Shown: positions 21,235-32,123, numbered from the stretch's first letter. The stretch: 59,322 bases of DNA from an uncultured delta proteobacterium (GCA_963728565.1 CAVSLC010000007.1:1-59322), one strand, 5' to 3'. A program made the numbers and translations. The notes: generated by a model from the letters alone, not told the origin.

Positions 21235-22856
21235 GCGACGAGGCCGCCAAAAATCACGGCGCACAGGCGCCGACAAATCGCGAGCCTTCGGCGATCGGCG
21301 CTCCGCTGCGCATTCTCCTGGTCGAGGACGACGAATTGGATCGCCGCGCGGTGCGGCGATATTTGCAACAGTGCGGTATCCCGGTGACCGCCGAGGATGT
21401 GACTTCGGCGGAGGAGACGCTGCAACGAATTGCTTCGGTGCGTTACGATTGCATTCTTCTTGATTATTACATTCCCGGCGTCAAGGGGCTGGCGCTCTTC
21501 CAGAAAATCCGAGATGTGGCGGCAAATATGCCGGTGGTGATTTTCACCGGGCGCGGCGATGAAGATATCGCGGTCGAATTGATGAAGGCGGGCGCGGCGG
21601 ATTATCTGCCCAAGGCGTCCCTCACGGCGGAGCGGCTGGCAGCGAGCCTGCGTCACATCATCGAACTCTCCGGCGCGGCTGCGGCTCGGCAGCGCGCCGA
21701 AGAGGAGCTGCGAGCGCAAGAGGCGCGCTTTCGCACGTTGGTCAATGCCATCCCGCAGCTCGCCTGGATGACTGACGGGAGCGGCGCGCGTTATTGGTTC
21801 AACGATCGATGGTACGATTACACCGGCACCAGCTTCGAAGAGGTCCGGGGCTGGGGTTGGCAGAAGTTACATCATCCGGATCACTCGGAACGGGTCCTCC
21901 AGACGATGCGGCGCAGCTTCGATACCGGTGAGCCCTGGGAAGACACCCACCCGCTGCGCGGCAAGGATGGAACCTACCGTTGGTTCCTGTCGCGGGCTCT
22001 GCCGATCCGCGGCGAAGATGGCAGCATTACCAACTGGCTCGGCACAAACACGGACATCACCGAGCAGAAAAACGCCGAGTCCGAGCGCGAGCGCGCGCTT
22101 GCTTTGGAGCAACAGGTGCGCAGCGAGGCAGAGCGCGCCACCCGAGCGCGAGATGAGGTTATGGCGATTGTGGCGCACGATCTGCGCAATCCCATGAACA
22201 CCATTGTCACGTCGGCAACAATCATCGGCGATTCGCTTGAGGAACGGGCGGAGAAAGGTGTCGATATCTCCAATCCACCGTTGTCGGCGGATCTCAAGAC
22301 CTGCGTTGAGGCGATCCAGAGTTCGGTGAAGACCATGGACCGGCTGATCTGTGATTTGCTGGACGTCTCGCGCATGGAAGCCGGCAGTTTTTCGATACAG
22401 CGTTCGCAGGTCGATATCGGCGCCTTGCTGAAGGAAAATCTCAAACTATGCGAATCGCAGGCCCGGGCAAAAAAAATCAAGGTGAGCAGCGAGATCCCCT
22501 CCGGCCTGCCGCCGGTCAGCGGAGATCGCAATCGCTTGGATCAGGTGCTCTCCAACCTGTTGGCCAATGCGTTTAAGTTCACTCCTGAAGGCGGCCAAGT
22601 TGTGGTCCGGGCGCGCAAGGTCGATGCCTCAGTTGAGATCACGGTTGAAGACTCCGGCCCGGGAATTCCCGCTGCGGACCTGCCGCGCATCTTCGAGCGC
22701 TATTGGCGAGGTGACCGCGCCTCACGAGACGGCGCGGGGCTTGGACTGGCGATCTGCAAAGGGATTGTCGATGCCCATGGCGGAAAGATCTGGGTCGAGA
22801 GCACGCCGGGCCGCGGGACTACGTTCCGGTTTACGGTGCCCTGCGCCGCCGATTAG
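21231..22856 (+). CDS. Hybrid REC-PAS-histidine kinase
   Basis: N-terminal receiver (ILLVEDD, LLDYYIP, YLPK), PAS_3 domain, AHDLRNP, NLLANAFKF and GAGLGL; GTGA overlap. Confidence 0.95.
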   Translation: MSDEAAKNHGAQAPTNREPSAIGAPLRILLVEDDELDRRAVRRYLQQCGIPVTAEDVTSAEETLQRIASVRYDCILLDYYIPGVKGLALFQKIRDVAANMPVVIFTGRGDEDIAVELMKAGAADYLPKASLTAERLAASLRHIIELSGAAAARQRAEEELRAQEARFRTLVNAIPQLAWMTDGSGARYWFNDRWYDYTGTSFEEVRGWGWQKLHHPDHSERVLQTMRRSFDTGEPWEDTHPLRGKDGTYRWFLSRALPIRGEDGSITNWLGTNTDITEQKNAESERERALALEQQVRSEAERATRARDEVMAIVAHDLRNPMNTIVTSATIIGDSLEERAEKGVDISNPPLSADLKTCVEAIQSSVKTMDRLICDLLDVSRMEAGSFSIQRSQVDIGALLKENLKLCESQARAKKIKVSSEIPSGLPPVSGDRNRLDQVLSNLLANAFKFTPEGGQVVVRARKVDASVEITVEDSGPGIPAADLPRIFERYWRGDRASRDGAGLGLAICKGIVDAHGGKIWVESTPGRGTTFRFTVPCAAD

Positions 22857-23026
22857 TTTCTGGGCTATTCAGAATTTTCCACCGTCATACGCTAATTGAA
22901 ACTCGACCTGTGATCGTCTCCTCTGCGATCCTGGTCGTCGACAGAACATGCCCGCTTAATGTGACGGAACTAAAATGGCGCCGAGCAACTATTTCTTTCG
23001 TAATCAGTTGGTCTATATTCAGTGAC

Positions 23027-24502
23027 ATGAACCACACGATTGATCCCGATGGCCTGCGGCTGCCGATTAAACTCGATACGACTTCCAACGGTGAGTTCAT
23101 GCCGGTGCCGCTGTCGCCGGTGGACCGGGCCGCCAACCGGCTGGCGCACCAGGCGGCGAGCCAAAACGCCAAGCGCTTGGGTGTTAGTCGCCGCGACTTT
23201 TTGATTTCGGCCTGTGGCGCGGCGAGCACGTTGCTCGCCTTTAACGCCGCGAGCGCGGCTGTGGGAAAGCGCGGCGGCTTTTTCGAGCTCGAGGCAGAAG
23301 CCGCTCTCGAGCCGCAGCTGGCGCAGGCGCGCGTCGGCAGCAAGGGTGAGTTCATCTTCGATGTGCAGGGCCACTTCGTTGATCCGACCGGGGCGTGGGT
23401 GAAGACAGCGCCCGTCGATGCTTTCAAGTGGTCGCCAAAAGCGAGCTGCGGCCTGGCTGCCAAGCCTGGGGCGCGCAGTCATCTCAACTGCCTCGGTCCC
23501 GAGGAGTTCGTCAAAGACGTGTTTCTCGACAGCGATACCGACATGATGGTGCTCTCGTTCGTGCCGTCGCGCCGTGATTCGGAGCCGCTGACGATTCAGG
23601 CCGCCGATGCGGTGCGCCGCACGATTGACCGGATGGAAGGCTCGCATCGGCTGTTGCTCCATGGACGGGTCAATCCGAATCAACCCGGCGATCTTGAGGC
23701 GATGGATGAACTTAAAGAGCGCTGGAAAGTCAGCGCGTGGAAGACCTATACCCAGTGGGGTGTGGACGGCAAAGGATTTTTCCTATCCGATGACATCGGC
23801 ACCCGCTTCATCGAGAAGGCGCGCGCCCTTGGCGTAAAGGTGATCTGCGTGCACAAGGGGCTGCCGTTCGGCAAGCGATCCTACGAGCACAGCCAGTGCA
23901 GCGACATCGGCGTGGTCGCCAAGCGTTTTCCGGATGTAAGTTTTCTCATTTACCACTCGGGTTTTGTTACCGGAGTTCCCGAGCGCGCCTTCAATGGTCG
24001 CGGCGCCAACGACGGTATCGACACCCTCATCCGCTCGCTGATCGAAAACGAGGTCAAACCCAACAGCAACGTTTACGCCGAGCTCGGCAGCACATGGCGC
24101 TTTCTCATGCGCGACCGGGACGGCGCGGCGCATGCGTTGGGCAAGCTGGTCAGGTATTGCGGCGAGAACAACGTCTTGTGGGGCACCGATTCGATTTGGT
24201 ACGGCTCGCCCCAGGATCAGATCGAGGCGTTTCGCACTTTTCAGATTGCGCCGGAATTGCGCGACAAGCACGGCTACGCCGAGATCACACCGGCGTTGCG
24301 CGCCAAGATTTTCGGGCTAAACGCGAGTCGGATCTATGCAATCAGCACGGATGAGGTGAAGAAGCACACCCGCGCCGACACCATCGGCAAGGAACGCCTG
24401 GCGTACCGCGAGCATCCCGAGCCGCACTATCTCACCTATGGGCCCAAGACCCGGCGCGAGTTTTTGAACTTGCTCCGCTGGAACGGCGGCTCGCGCGCTT
24501 AG
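23027..24502 (+). CDS. Amidohydrolase family protein with internal twin-arginine motif
   Basis: FDVQGH, CVHKG, YHSG and WGTDSIW motifs; SRRDFL followed by a hydrophobic stretch near residue 52. Confidence 0.88.
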   Translation: MNHTIDPDGLRLPIKLDTTSNGEFMPVPLSPVDRAANRLAHQAASQNAKRLGVSRRDFLISACGAASTLLAFNAASAAVGKRGGFFELEAEAALEPQLAQARVGSKGEFIFDVQGHFVDPTGAWVKTAPVDAFKWSPKASCGLAAKPGARSHLNCLGPEEFVKDVFLDSDTDMMVLSFVPSRRDSEPLTIQAADAVRRTIDRMEGSHRLLLHGRVNPNQPGDLEAMDELKERWKVSAWKTYTQWGVDGKGFFLSDDIGTRFIEKARALGVKVICVHKGLPFGKRSYEHSQCSDIGVVAKRFPDVSFLIYHSGFVTGVPERAFNGRGANDGIDTLIRSLIENEVKPNSNVYAELGSTWRFLMRDRDGAAHALGKLVRYCGENNVLWGTDSIWYGSPQDQIEAFRTFQIAPELRDKHGYAEITPALRAKIFGLNASRIYAISTDEVKKHTRADTIGKERLAYREHPEPHYLTYGPKTRREFLNLLRWNGGSRA

Positions 24503-24840
24503 CAGGCTGCTCAAAACGTCCATAGTTCGGTGCAATCCAAATCACGCAGTTCAAAGTGACACAGCGCTCAAGGGACGAACCCTCCGGAGCGAAGGCAATA
24601 GGTCTCTGGTTGATAGCGGCCTGCAAGCTCCAGTGTTTTAGCGGACGCTTGAAAATTTGTCGGCCCACGGCCAAGCACCATAGACGGCATTGAAATTGTT
24701 CGCTTCTGTGCCTTCACTCCTCCAGGCTCGCCCCTCGATCACTATACAATGATCTATCTCTACTGCGGAATCTGGGCTCAATCGCCTCGTCTCTCGATCT
24801 TCTTTGAACAGTCTGGAAGCAGCGTTTTCAGCAATCGCTC
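24500..24840 (-). mobile_element. MITE-like repeat, copy 2 (rearranged, longer, degenerate)
   Basis: Starts TAGCAGGCTGCTCAAAA at the stop codon of the upstream gene; GCTCAATCGCCTCG and TTTTCAGCA at about 24776-24835 match the reverse complement of the 41441 copy. Confidence 0.5.
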
Positions 24841-24894
24841 GGCGAAATAGCGCGAAATAGAAGGACAGCTCTGTATTTCTATTTTACCCATGCG

Positions 24895-25941
24895 TCAGTT
24901 ACGGGTGATCTCCTGCAGCAGCTGCAGCCAACCGTCGGCGCGCTTCTCATATTCCTCGGTCGTCAAACCCTTTTCCGGATACCAGCGCTCGAATCCCGAA
25001 ACCTTCGCGGCGCTGCCGTAGAAAAGTTGCTCCGAGTACATCTTCTGTCCATCCGGCCCGAGCAAGAAATCAACAAATAACAAAGCCGCATGAGGATTGG
25101 GCGCATTGGCGATGACCGCGGCGCTGCCCGCGTTCACGGCCACCACTTCCATTGGCACCCAGACGACCGGCGCGCCTTTGGTGGCGGCGGGCTGCGTGAG
25201 ATTGGTTTGCACCATGGTGAACGACAGCGGCGCCTCGCCGGAGATGATCAGGTCGGTCAGCCCCGCGGCAGTGGTTGTATGGGGCCGGATATCCTGTGAT
25301 TTCAACTTTCTAACAAAGCCCTCGCCCTTGGCCTTGAGCATGGCGCCGATCGCCCGCGCGCCGGTTTCATTGTTTGCCGTTGACATCTTACCTTTCAGCG
25401 CCGGATTGAGCAGGTCGTCGAATTTCTTCGGCACCAGGGCCGCTGGTATAACGTTGGTGTTGTAGCCGACGCCGATTAAAGATTCCCGGTCGGTTGCCCA
25501 GAAAACTAGATCGCCCGACGCTGATTCCTTAGCGACGTCAGGATAGTTCGCCAGGTGTGGCGACAAGAACGGTTGAAGAGCCTGGGCGTCGCGCAAGAGC
25601 ATGAGCTGCGGCGGGGTCGATTCAATCGCATCGGCCAGGTAACGTTTGGCGCGGCGTTCTTCCAACAGTCGGGTAGCCAGCGTGTTGCCGGCGGCGCGGT
25701 AAACGTCGACGGCGACGCCGGGGTATTTAGCTTGAAATACCTTGGCGATGTGCTTGTTCGGCACCAGCGAAGTATACCAAAGCAATTTGCCCTCTTTCTT
25801 GGCGCCTTCATAAAGAATCCGCTCGCGGTCCGCGCCGTTGTATTTCGCCAGTTCGGCAAGCGTGCTCGGTTTGCCGCCCTGCGCCCATGCGTTTGCCGCC
25901 AGGGCTAAGATAAAACTAACGACCATAATAGAAAATCTCAT
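24895..25941 (-). CDS. Extracellular solute-binding protein (Fe3+/polyamine/thiamine ABC type)
   Basis: Signal peptide; GAKKEGKLLWYTS, YNTN, DLLNPALKGK and APNPHAALLFVDFLL motifs. Confidence 0.9.
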   Translation of the reverse strand: MRFSIMVVSFILALAANAWAQGGKPSTLAELAKYNGADRERILYEGAKKEGKLLWYTSLVPNKHIAKVFQAKYPGVAVDVYRAAGNTLATRLLEERRAKRYLADAIESTPPQLMLLRDAQALQPFLSPHLANYPDVAKESASGDLVFWATDRESLIGVGYNTNVIPAALVPKKFDDLLNPALKGKMSTANNETGARAIGAMLKAKGEGFVRKLKSQDIRPHTTTAAGLTDLIISGEAPLSFTMVQTNLTQPAATKGAPVVWVPMEVVAVNAGSAAVIANAPNPHAALLFVDFLLGPDGQKMYSEQLFYGSAAKVSGFERWYPEKGLTTEEYEKRADGWLQLLQEITRN

Positions 25942-26071
25942 TGCTCTTTTGCTCCTTTGTCTGCTTTCGTAACACGGCCCAGCCGATGATCAACAAGATC
26001 GGTCTGAGATCATGTGTGGCCGTTGGCGTCGCTCGATTGCATTTCCGAATCTGAAAGCGTTGCCCGAATAA

Positions 26072-26885
26072 CTATTTTTCGTTTAGTTGCATCACGCCCG
26101 ATGTCGGTCTGAGTTTTTTCTGGACAAACTGCTCCAGGCCGGGCCGGCCGCCATGGTCGCGTATGGTTCGCTGCGAGATCAAGTTGGAAATTTCGTAGGC
26201 AACATCCGGCGCTGCATAGGAACTGTAGTACCACGCCTCTTTGACGGCTTTTAAGCCCAGCGGGCTTTTTTCCCGGAGAGATAAAGCGAGCTCGGCAACC
26301 TCTCGGTCCAATTCCGACTTGGGAACGGCCTTCGAGATGAGCCCAATCCGTTCGGCCTCTTGGGCGGTCATCATCTTGCCCGTGAGCGCGTAGTAGAGCC
26401 CGTGCTTGGGCTTAAGATGCTCGGTCATCACCGAGGTCGTATCTCCGGCAGGGAAATGGCCGAAATTGACTTCGGGTAAACCGAACCGAGCATCTTCGGC
26501 GGCCAGCGCAATATCGCAGCCGGCCACCACGGTGAGCGCTCCACCCAGGCACCAGCCGGTGATGCGCGCGATGACCGGCTGCGGTAGCGTGCGCAGCATT
26601 TCGTTGCGCCAGCGGCGAACTTTTTCCCGGACTTGGTCGCGCACCTGCTCCGGCTGGCTCTCCATCTCCAGGGAATATTGCTTCAAGTCCTGGCCGGCGC
26701 AGAAGTTGTCACCGGCCCCCGTGAGCACCACCACACGGGTCTCCTTGTCGTAGCGAATCTCCGTCAGCAGGTCGAACATTTCACGATGCAACTGAGGACT
26801 CATCGCGTTGCGCTTCTCCGGACGGTTAAAGGTAATCGTCGTGATGCCGTTCTCCTTTGATACCAGCAGGGTTTCATATGTGCAT
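26072..26885 (-). CDS. Enoyl-CoA hydratase family protein, hydroxycinnamoyl-CoA hydratase/lyase-like; probable 1-nt indel after the start
   Basis: NRPEKRNAMSP, LTGAG..F.AG.DLK.Y, GWC.GG, FGLPEVNFG and LYYALTGK motifs. ATG 26885 follows AAGGAG but is out of frame by one base. Confidence 0.85.
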
Positions 26886-27092
26886 TTCTCTTTCTCCTTT
26901 GGTGGTAAGTTCCGTCGAATGTATCGGGCCGTGATCGCCAGCGCCACCTCTTGCTCACAGCTTGTGGCTCGATGTTACAGCGCGATAAATGGATTTAATG
27001 AACGCCGGGCGACATAAAGCTCAGGTCTCTTGCTGCCGGGGCGGCCGAGATGATCGCTGGCAATCCAGCAGCCAGGTCGACGCCCAGGATTG

Positions 27093-27231
27093 CTAACAGC
27101 TGCTCAAAAAAATCCAGAGGCGAGCAAATTACAAGGATGGAATCGAAAATCTGAAAGCGGAATTCAGTTTTCAGCTTTCATAATTCATCTTTTCCAAGGC
27201 GGCATATCGGTGTTTTTCAGCAGCCTGTTAA
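27093..27231 (+). mobile_element. MITE-like repeat, copy 3 (variant B)
   Basis: Ends CTAACAGCTGCTCAAAAA and TTTTTCAGCAGCCTGTTAA; the right end overlaps the TAA stop of the glycoside hydrolase. Confidence 0.75.
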
Positions 27232-28611
27232 GGATCGATGCGAAAGATCGCGACGTTCCCCGGCGTCAGGCGAATGTCTGTGAGTATATGGCCGTCGAAT
27301 CCGGTATGCTTTGCGGAGCTCCCATCCAATTCATATTTCACGGCGGTTCTTCCCCGGGTCTTCAAGGTTGCGCTGACCGTCGGGCTTGCCGATTTGTCAT
27401 AGATGAACAAGACCTGGCTGCCATCCGGCCTCTTGAAAAGATGCCGGTACAACTCTTTGGCTTCACCTCCCGACACCGTCACCGTCTACTTCGCCTGGGG
27501 CGGTCGTAAGACTGCCGACGTCTAACAGATCGGTCAGCAGATCGACGGTGTAGAAGGCGAGCTTTTTGCCGCGATCGGCTCGGGTGATTCCCAGGTAATG
27601 ATTTTTCTGGTCGCCGATGGTTTCTTTGCCGAGAGGCAAATCTTTGATCTCATAGACGCCGATGTGTTCTATGTGAGGATCGGCAAGAAAGGTGCTGACG
27701 GCCCGCGCCCACCAGTTGGCTTGTTCCCGTTCGCTTTTATCCGGCGTAACGGAAAAACCCATCTCGTTTATCCAGATCGGTTCTGCCTCGCCGAGAGTTT
27801 TATTGTCGACCACGAAAGAGTCGCGGTAGTGGCGATCCAAGTAATTTTCGACGACCACGTCACTGTCGGTCCAGGTTTCGGGATAAGCATGGAACGGAGT
27901 TATGTCGTAGTAACGAGCGTAACCGTCGCCGGCGATTGACTGAAGCCACTCGACATCGGGAAACACAAACCCGCCCAGAATGACTTGCGCTGCGGGGTTG
28001 GCGGCCCGGACTGCCAGCGCCCCCTGGCGCAGCGTCTCTTTATATTCTTCGATGGAGCCATCCCACCACATCGGCGAGTTTTGCTCGTTGTAGATTTCGT
28101 ACGAAAGGACGTTGGGAAATTCGCGTAATGCGGAGGCAAGATTGTAAACAAAATCGTGCCAGGCTTGGTAATCGGCGGGAGGATTGTTCCAGTCGGCGCC
28201 ATCGGCGCTGCCGGCCGTGCCCGCCCATCGCGGCGTGTAGCCGATGTAAGGCCGGAGCTTGATGCCATGCTGCGCCGCCAGCTTTACGAATTCTTTCAAC
28301 CAGAGGAAATCATACTGGCCGCGGACCGGCTCATAATCGTCCCAGCCGAAGCTGCATCGCAGCGTGTCGATTTCCAACTCGCGCATGAGTTGAAAATCTT
28401 TGGCGACCTCGGCGAGATCTTCGCCTTTGTCGTAATCTTCCAAAATAGCGAAAGAGACCTTTTTGCTGACGCTCTGCGCCGATCCCTGGTCGAGTCGCAG
28501 CGCGGGACTACAGGACGAGATCCAGAGGAGAAACACAAGCAGGGTACAGTGAGCGAGCCTCCGATAGTCGCGGTCCGATGTCCTGCGAATTGTCACAGAG
28601 CTAAACGTCAT
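27228..28611 (-). CDS. Clan GH-A glycoside hydrolase (GH5/GH39-like), probable lipoprotein; frameshift near 27475
   Basis: YEIYNEQN acid/base motif, FHAYP, IWINEMG nucleophile motif, LWISSC lipobox-like segment; C-terminal beta domain continues in ORF 27228-27482. Confidence 0.82.
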
Positions 28612-28772
28612 AGCTGCTGTTGGTTCGTTTCCTTAGACGGCCTGAGCATCGCGGGGCAGGTTCGACTTGGCGAGTGGCGGTGGACAATTTACCCGATACG
28701 TTTTCCGGCGCTGCTTTTGGAATCGCAAGCCAAGTTTCCCCAGCCGACTGTTCGTTGGTCCGGGAAGTTAAT

Positions 28773-29780
28773 TCAGGATGTCTTTAGATTGAACAAGCCC
28801 GCCGCGGTTTTGCCGAGAATCGCAGTCTTCTCCGTTGTCGAACAGGGAGCCTGGCGGATCATGTCCAAGGACTCGATGATATTTGCCGCGCTTTTGCACT
28901 CCAGCGGGTAATCGCTGCCAAACATGATGCGATCGGCGCTGGTGGTATTGAGCGCGGCAGCCATGGCCGGCAGCCACGCGCCGGTGCCGGCGGTGTCGAA
29001 ATAAAGCGACTGAAAGAGTTTTTCGAAACGTTCGGTGATACCGAATTTTTTCTGCTCGTTTTGGGTTTTCAGATAGCCTCTCATATCGGCTGGAATATCG
29101 GCGTCGTCGGTTTCAAAGAAAGCCATCATCCGTCCTTTGAGCGAGGAGGTGGCGCCGCCCAGGTGAGGCATGATGAAACGCAGCTCAGGATAGCGCGGCA
29201 GCACGCTGCACATGACCCGCACGATGGCTTGCGTCGTCTCCAGCGGGCGAAACACGCAGCGATCGAGATTGTAGGTCGTTTCCGAGCCGGTCGGCTTGGA
29301 CTGCGGGTGAATGATGATCGGCAGATTATTTTTCTGAATGACCTCGAAGAGCGGGTTCATGATCGGATTGTCGAGCTGAATGTCGAGATGGCAGGCGAGC
29401 AGCGCCACCGCGCGAAGTCCCAGCTCGTTGATGCCGCGCTCGAGCTCGCGCTTGGCCGCTTCGGGCTCATGAATCGGCAGATGGATCGCGCCGCGGAAGC
29501 GACTCGGGTGTTTGGTCGCGACCTCGGCGATGCCGTCGTTCAGAGCCCTGGCCACCTCCGCGCCCATGACTTGCACCTGATCGGTCAGGATGGACACGGT
29601 CACGCCGGAGTCGTCCATGGTTTTAAGATGGGCTTCGAGGTCCTTGCGCGAAGGATTGAGGGTTAGACTAATCTCGTTCGTGACAATCCGTTTGCCGCCG
29701 GCTTGCGCCGCCAGGCGGTCAAACAGCACAGCCGGCATGAAATGGTGGTGCACATCGACGATAAATTCTGCTACAGCCAT
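28773..29780 (-). CDS. Amidohydrolase family 2 (ACMSD/decarboxylase-like)
   Basis: VDVHHH, IIIHP, PHLGG, YFDTA and MFGSDYP motifs; AAGGAG upstream. Confidence 0.92.
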   Translation of the reverse strand: MAVAEFIVDVHHHFMPAVLFDRLAAQAGGKRIVTNEISLTLNPSRKDLEAHLKTMDDSGVTVSILTDQVQVMGAEVARALNDGIAEVATKHPSRFRGAIHLPIHEPEAAKRELERGINELGLRAVALLACHLDIQLDNPIMNPLFEVIQKNNLPIIIHPQSKPTGSETTYNLDRCVFRPLETTQAIVRVMCSVLPRYPELRFIMPHLGGATSSLKGRMMAFFETDDADIPADMRGYLKTQNEQKKFGITERFEKLFQSLYFDTAGTGAWLPAMAAALNTTSADRIMFGSDYPLECKSAANIIESLDMIRQAPCSTTEKTAILGKTAAGLFNLKTS

Positions 29781-29869
29781 CTCGGATTCACTCCTTTGCG
29801 GTTGTTTATAGAATGACCAAGCGTACGTCACCGCCCCGTTCGGTTCAAGCGATCTACGGGGCTGGACTG

Positions 29870-31501
29870 TTAGTTCTGAGGAAACGTTTCGGCGTATTTT
29901 TGTGTCGCTTCGGCGCTGCCGCAAATGTACAAGGCGTCATCGTCTTGAAAGCGGAACCCTTGACCAAACTCCACCAGCAGGTCATTGCCGCGCTCGACCG
30001 CTATCGCTGAGCAATCGGTTTTTTCTCGAATAGCCAGCTCATCCGGATGGCGGCCTGCCATGCCGCGCACCGAAACCTTGACCACCCGTAGATCGGCGTC
30101 GATGTCGACGGTCTCCTTGCCGAGCAGACGCCAAGCCAACAATTGCCCTGAAACCTGGCTGATGGAAAGCGCGAAATCCGCGCCCGCCGCATAAATCCGC
30201 TCCACGTTTTCCGCGCGATTGACGCGCGCGATGACGGGTACGTCAGGCGCGAGGTCTTTGATGATCACGGTTGTGAAAAGAGTCGTGGTATCGGCGCTCA
30301 AGGCAACAATGACGGCTTGGGCGTCTTGTATATTCGCCTGTTTAAGAATTTGCGTATCGAGTACGTTACCGAGGATGTCGACGCCGGGCCTTGGCTGATT
30401 GTCGATGAGAAGAGTCTCTTCGCCGGCGTCGGTCAACAACTCGACTACTTTTCTACCCACCTCCCCGCCGCCGGCGACAAGAAACCGGCCATGACGACGC
30501 AATTCTTTGGTGCCGGCGCAAACCTTCATGAATTTCCCCAAGCTCTCGGGAGCGCCAACGAGAACCAGGATTCCGCCGGCTTCGAGCCTCATGCCGGGCA
30601 TCGGCGGAGTGATCAGTTTTCCTCCGACCCACTGCCCGATAACGGTGACTCCCGAATGTTGGCGCAGGCCCGCTTCGCTCAAGGTCTTGCCCGCCAGGAC
30701 ACTTTCGCGGGTGATGCGTACTTCAGTGACCTGAAGTTTATGCCCGAGGTGCTGGATACCGGCAACCGTTGGGCTTACTTTTTGGCTAGCGCGTGCCGCC
30801 AACGCGGCACCCAATATGTGCCGAGGCGTATAGGCGGCGGTGGCGCCGGCAAGAATGATCGGCTGGCGGTGATAGGGATCTTCGACCAGCGCGAGGATTT
30901 CTCCGGTATAGCCGAGTTGGCGCGCCGCCAAAATGGTTGCCGCGTTGCGGTCGTCGGTGCTGTTGACAATGAGCGCTCGCGCTTTGTCGAGATGGGTGCG
31001 CGCTAATACGCCTTCATCGAGATTGCCGTAGAGAACGCGATGGCCTTGCTCGATCAGACGGCGGGCCTCGGCTTGTTCTTCTTCGACGATTAGGGTCTTT
31101 ATTTTTGCCCGCTTGAGCTCGTCCAGCACGGTTGCCACGGTTGCGCTGTGGTGAAAGATGATCACGTGGTCGCTCAGCTTTGGCGCGTCCTTGGGCAACC
31201 GTGTTTCGAATCGCTCTTCCAGAAATGGGATCAAGTAAATCGGGATTACCAAGAAAACCAAAAACACCCCGATGAATTGCACCAGCACCACGTACACGAT
31301 CATCAGCGGATGCTGCCACGAGGAGTCCGCCCCGTAACCGGTGGTAGACAGGCTTTCTCCAGCCCATTCAAACGCGCGCCAAAAACCGCGCGGCTGTCCT
31401 TCGAGATAGGTCATGCCGAGCATATATAACAAGGCGGTAACGATCAGTAGCGAGACGAGGGTACTCAGCAACAGGAGCAGACGTTTACGAGATCGCAGCA
31501 T
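29870..31501 (-). CDS. Two-TM potassium channel with tandem TrkA-N/TrkA-C (RCK) domains
   Basis: Two TM helices around the STTGYG filter; two Rossmann RCK domains (GGGEVG). Confidence 0.9.
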   Translation of the reverse strand: MLRSRKRLLLLLSTLVSLLIVTALLYMLGMTYLEGQPRGFWRAFEWAGESLSTTGYGADSSWQHPLMIVYVVLVQFIGVFLVFLVIPIYLIPFLEERFETRLPKDAPKLSDHVIIFHHSATVATVLDELKRAKIKTLIVEEEQAEARRLIEQGHRVLYGNLDEGVLARTHLDKARALIVNSTDDRNAATILAARQLGYTGEILALVEDPYHRQPIILAGATAAYTPRHILGAALAARASQKVSPTVAGIQHLGHKLQVTEVRITRESVLAGKTLSEAGLRQHSGVTVIGQWVGGKLITPPMPGMRLEAGGILVLVGAPESLGKFMKVCAGTKELRRHGRFLVAGGGEVGRKVVELLTDAGEETLLIDNQPRPGVDILGNVLDTQILKQANIQDAQAVIVALSADTTTLFTTVIIKDLAPDVPVIARVNRAENVERIYAAGADFALSISQVSGQLLAWRLLGKETVDIDADLRVVKVSVRGMAGRHPDELAIREKTDCSAIAVERGNDLLVEFGQGFRFQDDDALYICGSAEATQKYAETFPQN

Positions 31502-31689
31502 GGGAGTCTATGATTTCAAAAGTGCGGCTTGGGATCGGCCGAGGAGCTTTTGCCATTGATCACTCATGTTGCGGTTTATTGGACTCATGTTCAATGTAGC
31601 GTTGCTTAACATGCTCTACGCTTGGCCATCAACAAGTTACGATCCGGTCTCTGGGTATTCATAACGAGCCGCCGGCGAGCTTCTTGGTT

Positions 31690-31840
31690 GACGCGTCGCA
31701 AGACGGCACACAATTCAGGTGAGTTGGCTTTTCTCAGAGACTGGAAGACATCGGCGCATTGAAAGTCAGTCAAAGGTGGCAGGGAACGCATTTTTCTCAA
31801 TCCAAAGCTCTTGAACCTGCTGCGTGGGCAGGAAACGTGA
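31690..31840 (+). pseudogene. C-terminal winged-helix remnant of a Fic-family protein
   Basis: Reads QRLEDIGALK / VKGGRERIFLNPKLLNLLRGQET* across a frameshift, resembling the C-terminus of HTH-bearing Fic proteins. Confidence 0.55.
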
Positions 31841-32123
31841 TCTGTCCAAATAGTCCGTATTTTTGGACACGTTTTTGCGATATGTCCAAGCCGTTTACAT
31901 ATCGGCTCTTTTCGCTGTCTGAAATCATCATCGCGCCATTACGACGCTTGATGGTCGAACCGCCGGGCAGGAATAAACCAGCGGGGCTGAAAAATCTTGG
32001 CATTGCATCCCGTTTCTAATAGAATCGCGCTCGCCGACAACGTTTGCAGCCCGAGCCTGACCCTTCCGGATCTCCGAGCGCAAATTCCCGGCTATCCTAA
32101 AAACAAATCCAGCGAACACCATC

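Noticed and set aside
27090-27509. ORFs or N-terminal extensions reading through the MITE copies (also 39188-39424, 41329-41556, 49450-49516)
   Set aside because: Translations of the repeat; better RBS-supported starts exist for the real genes.
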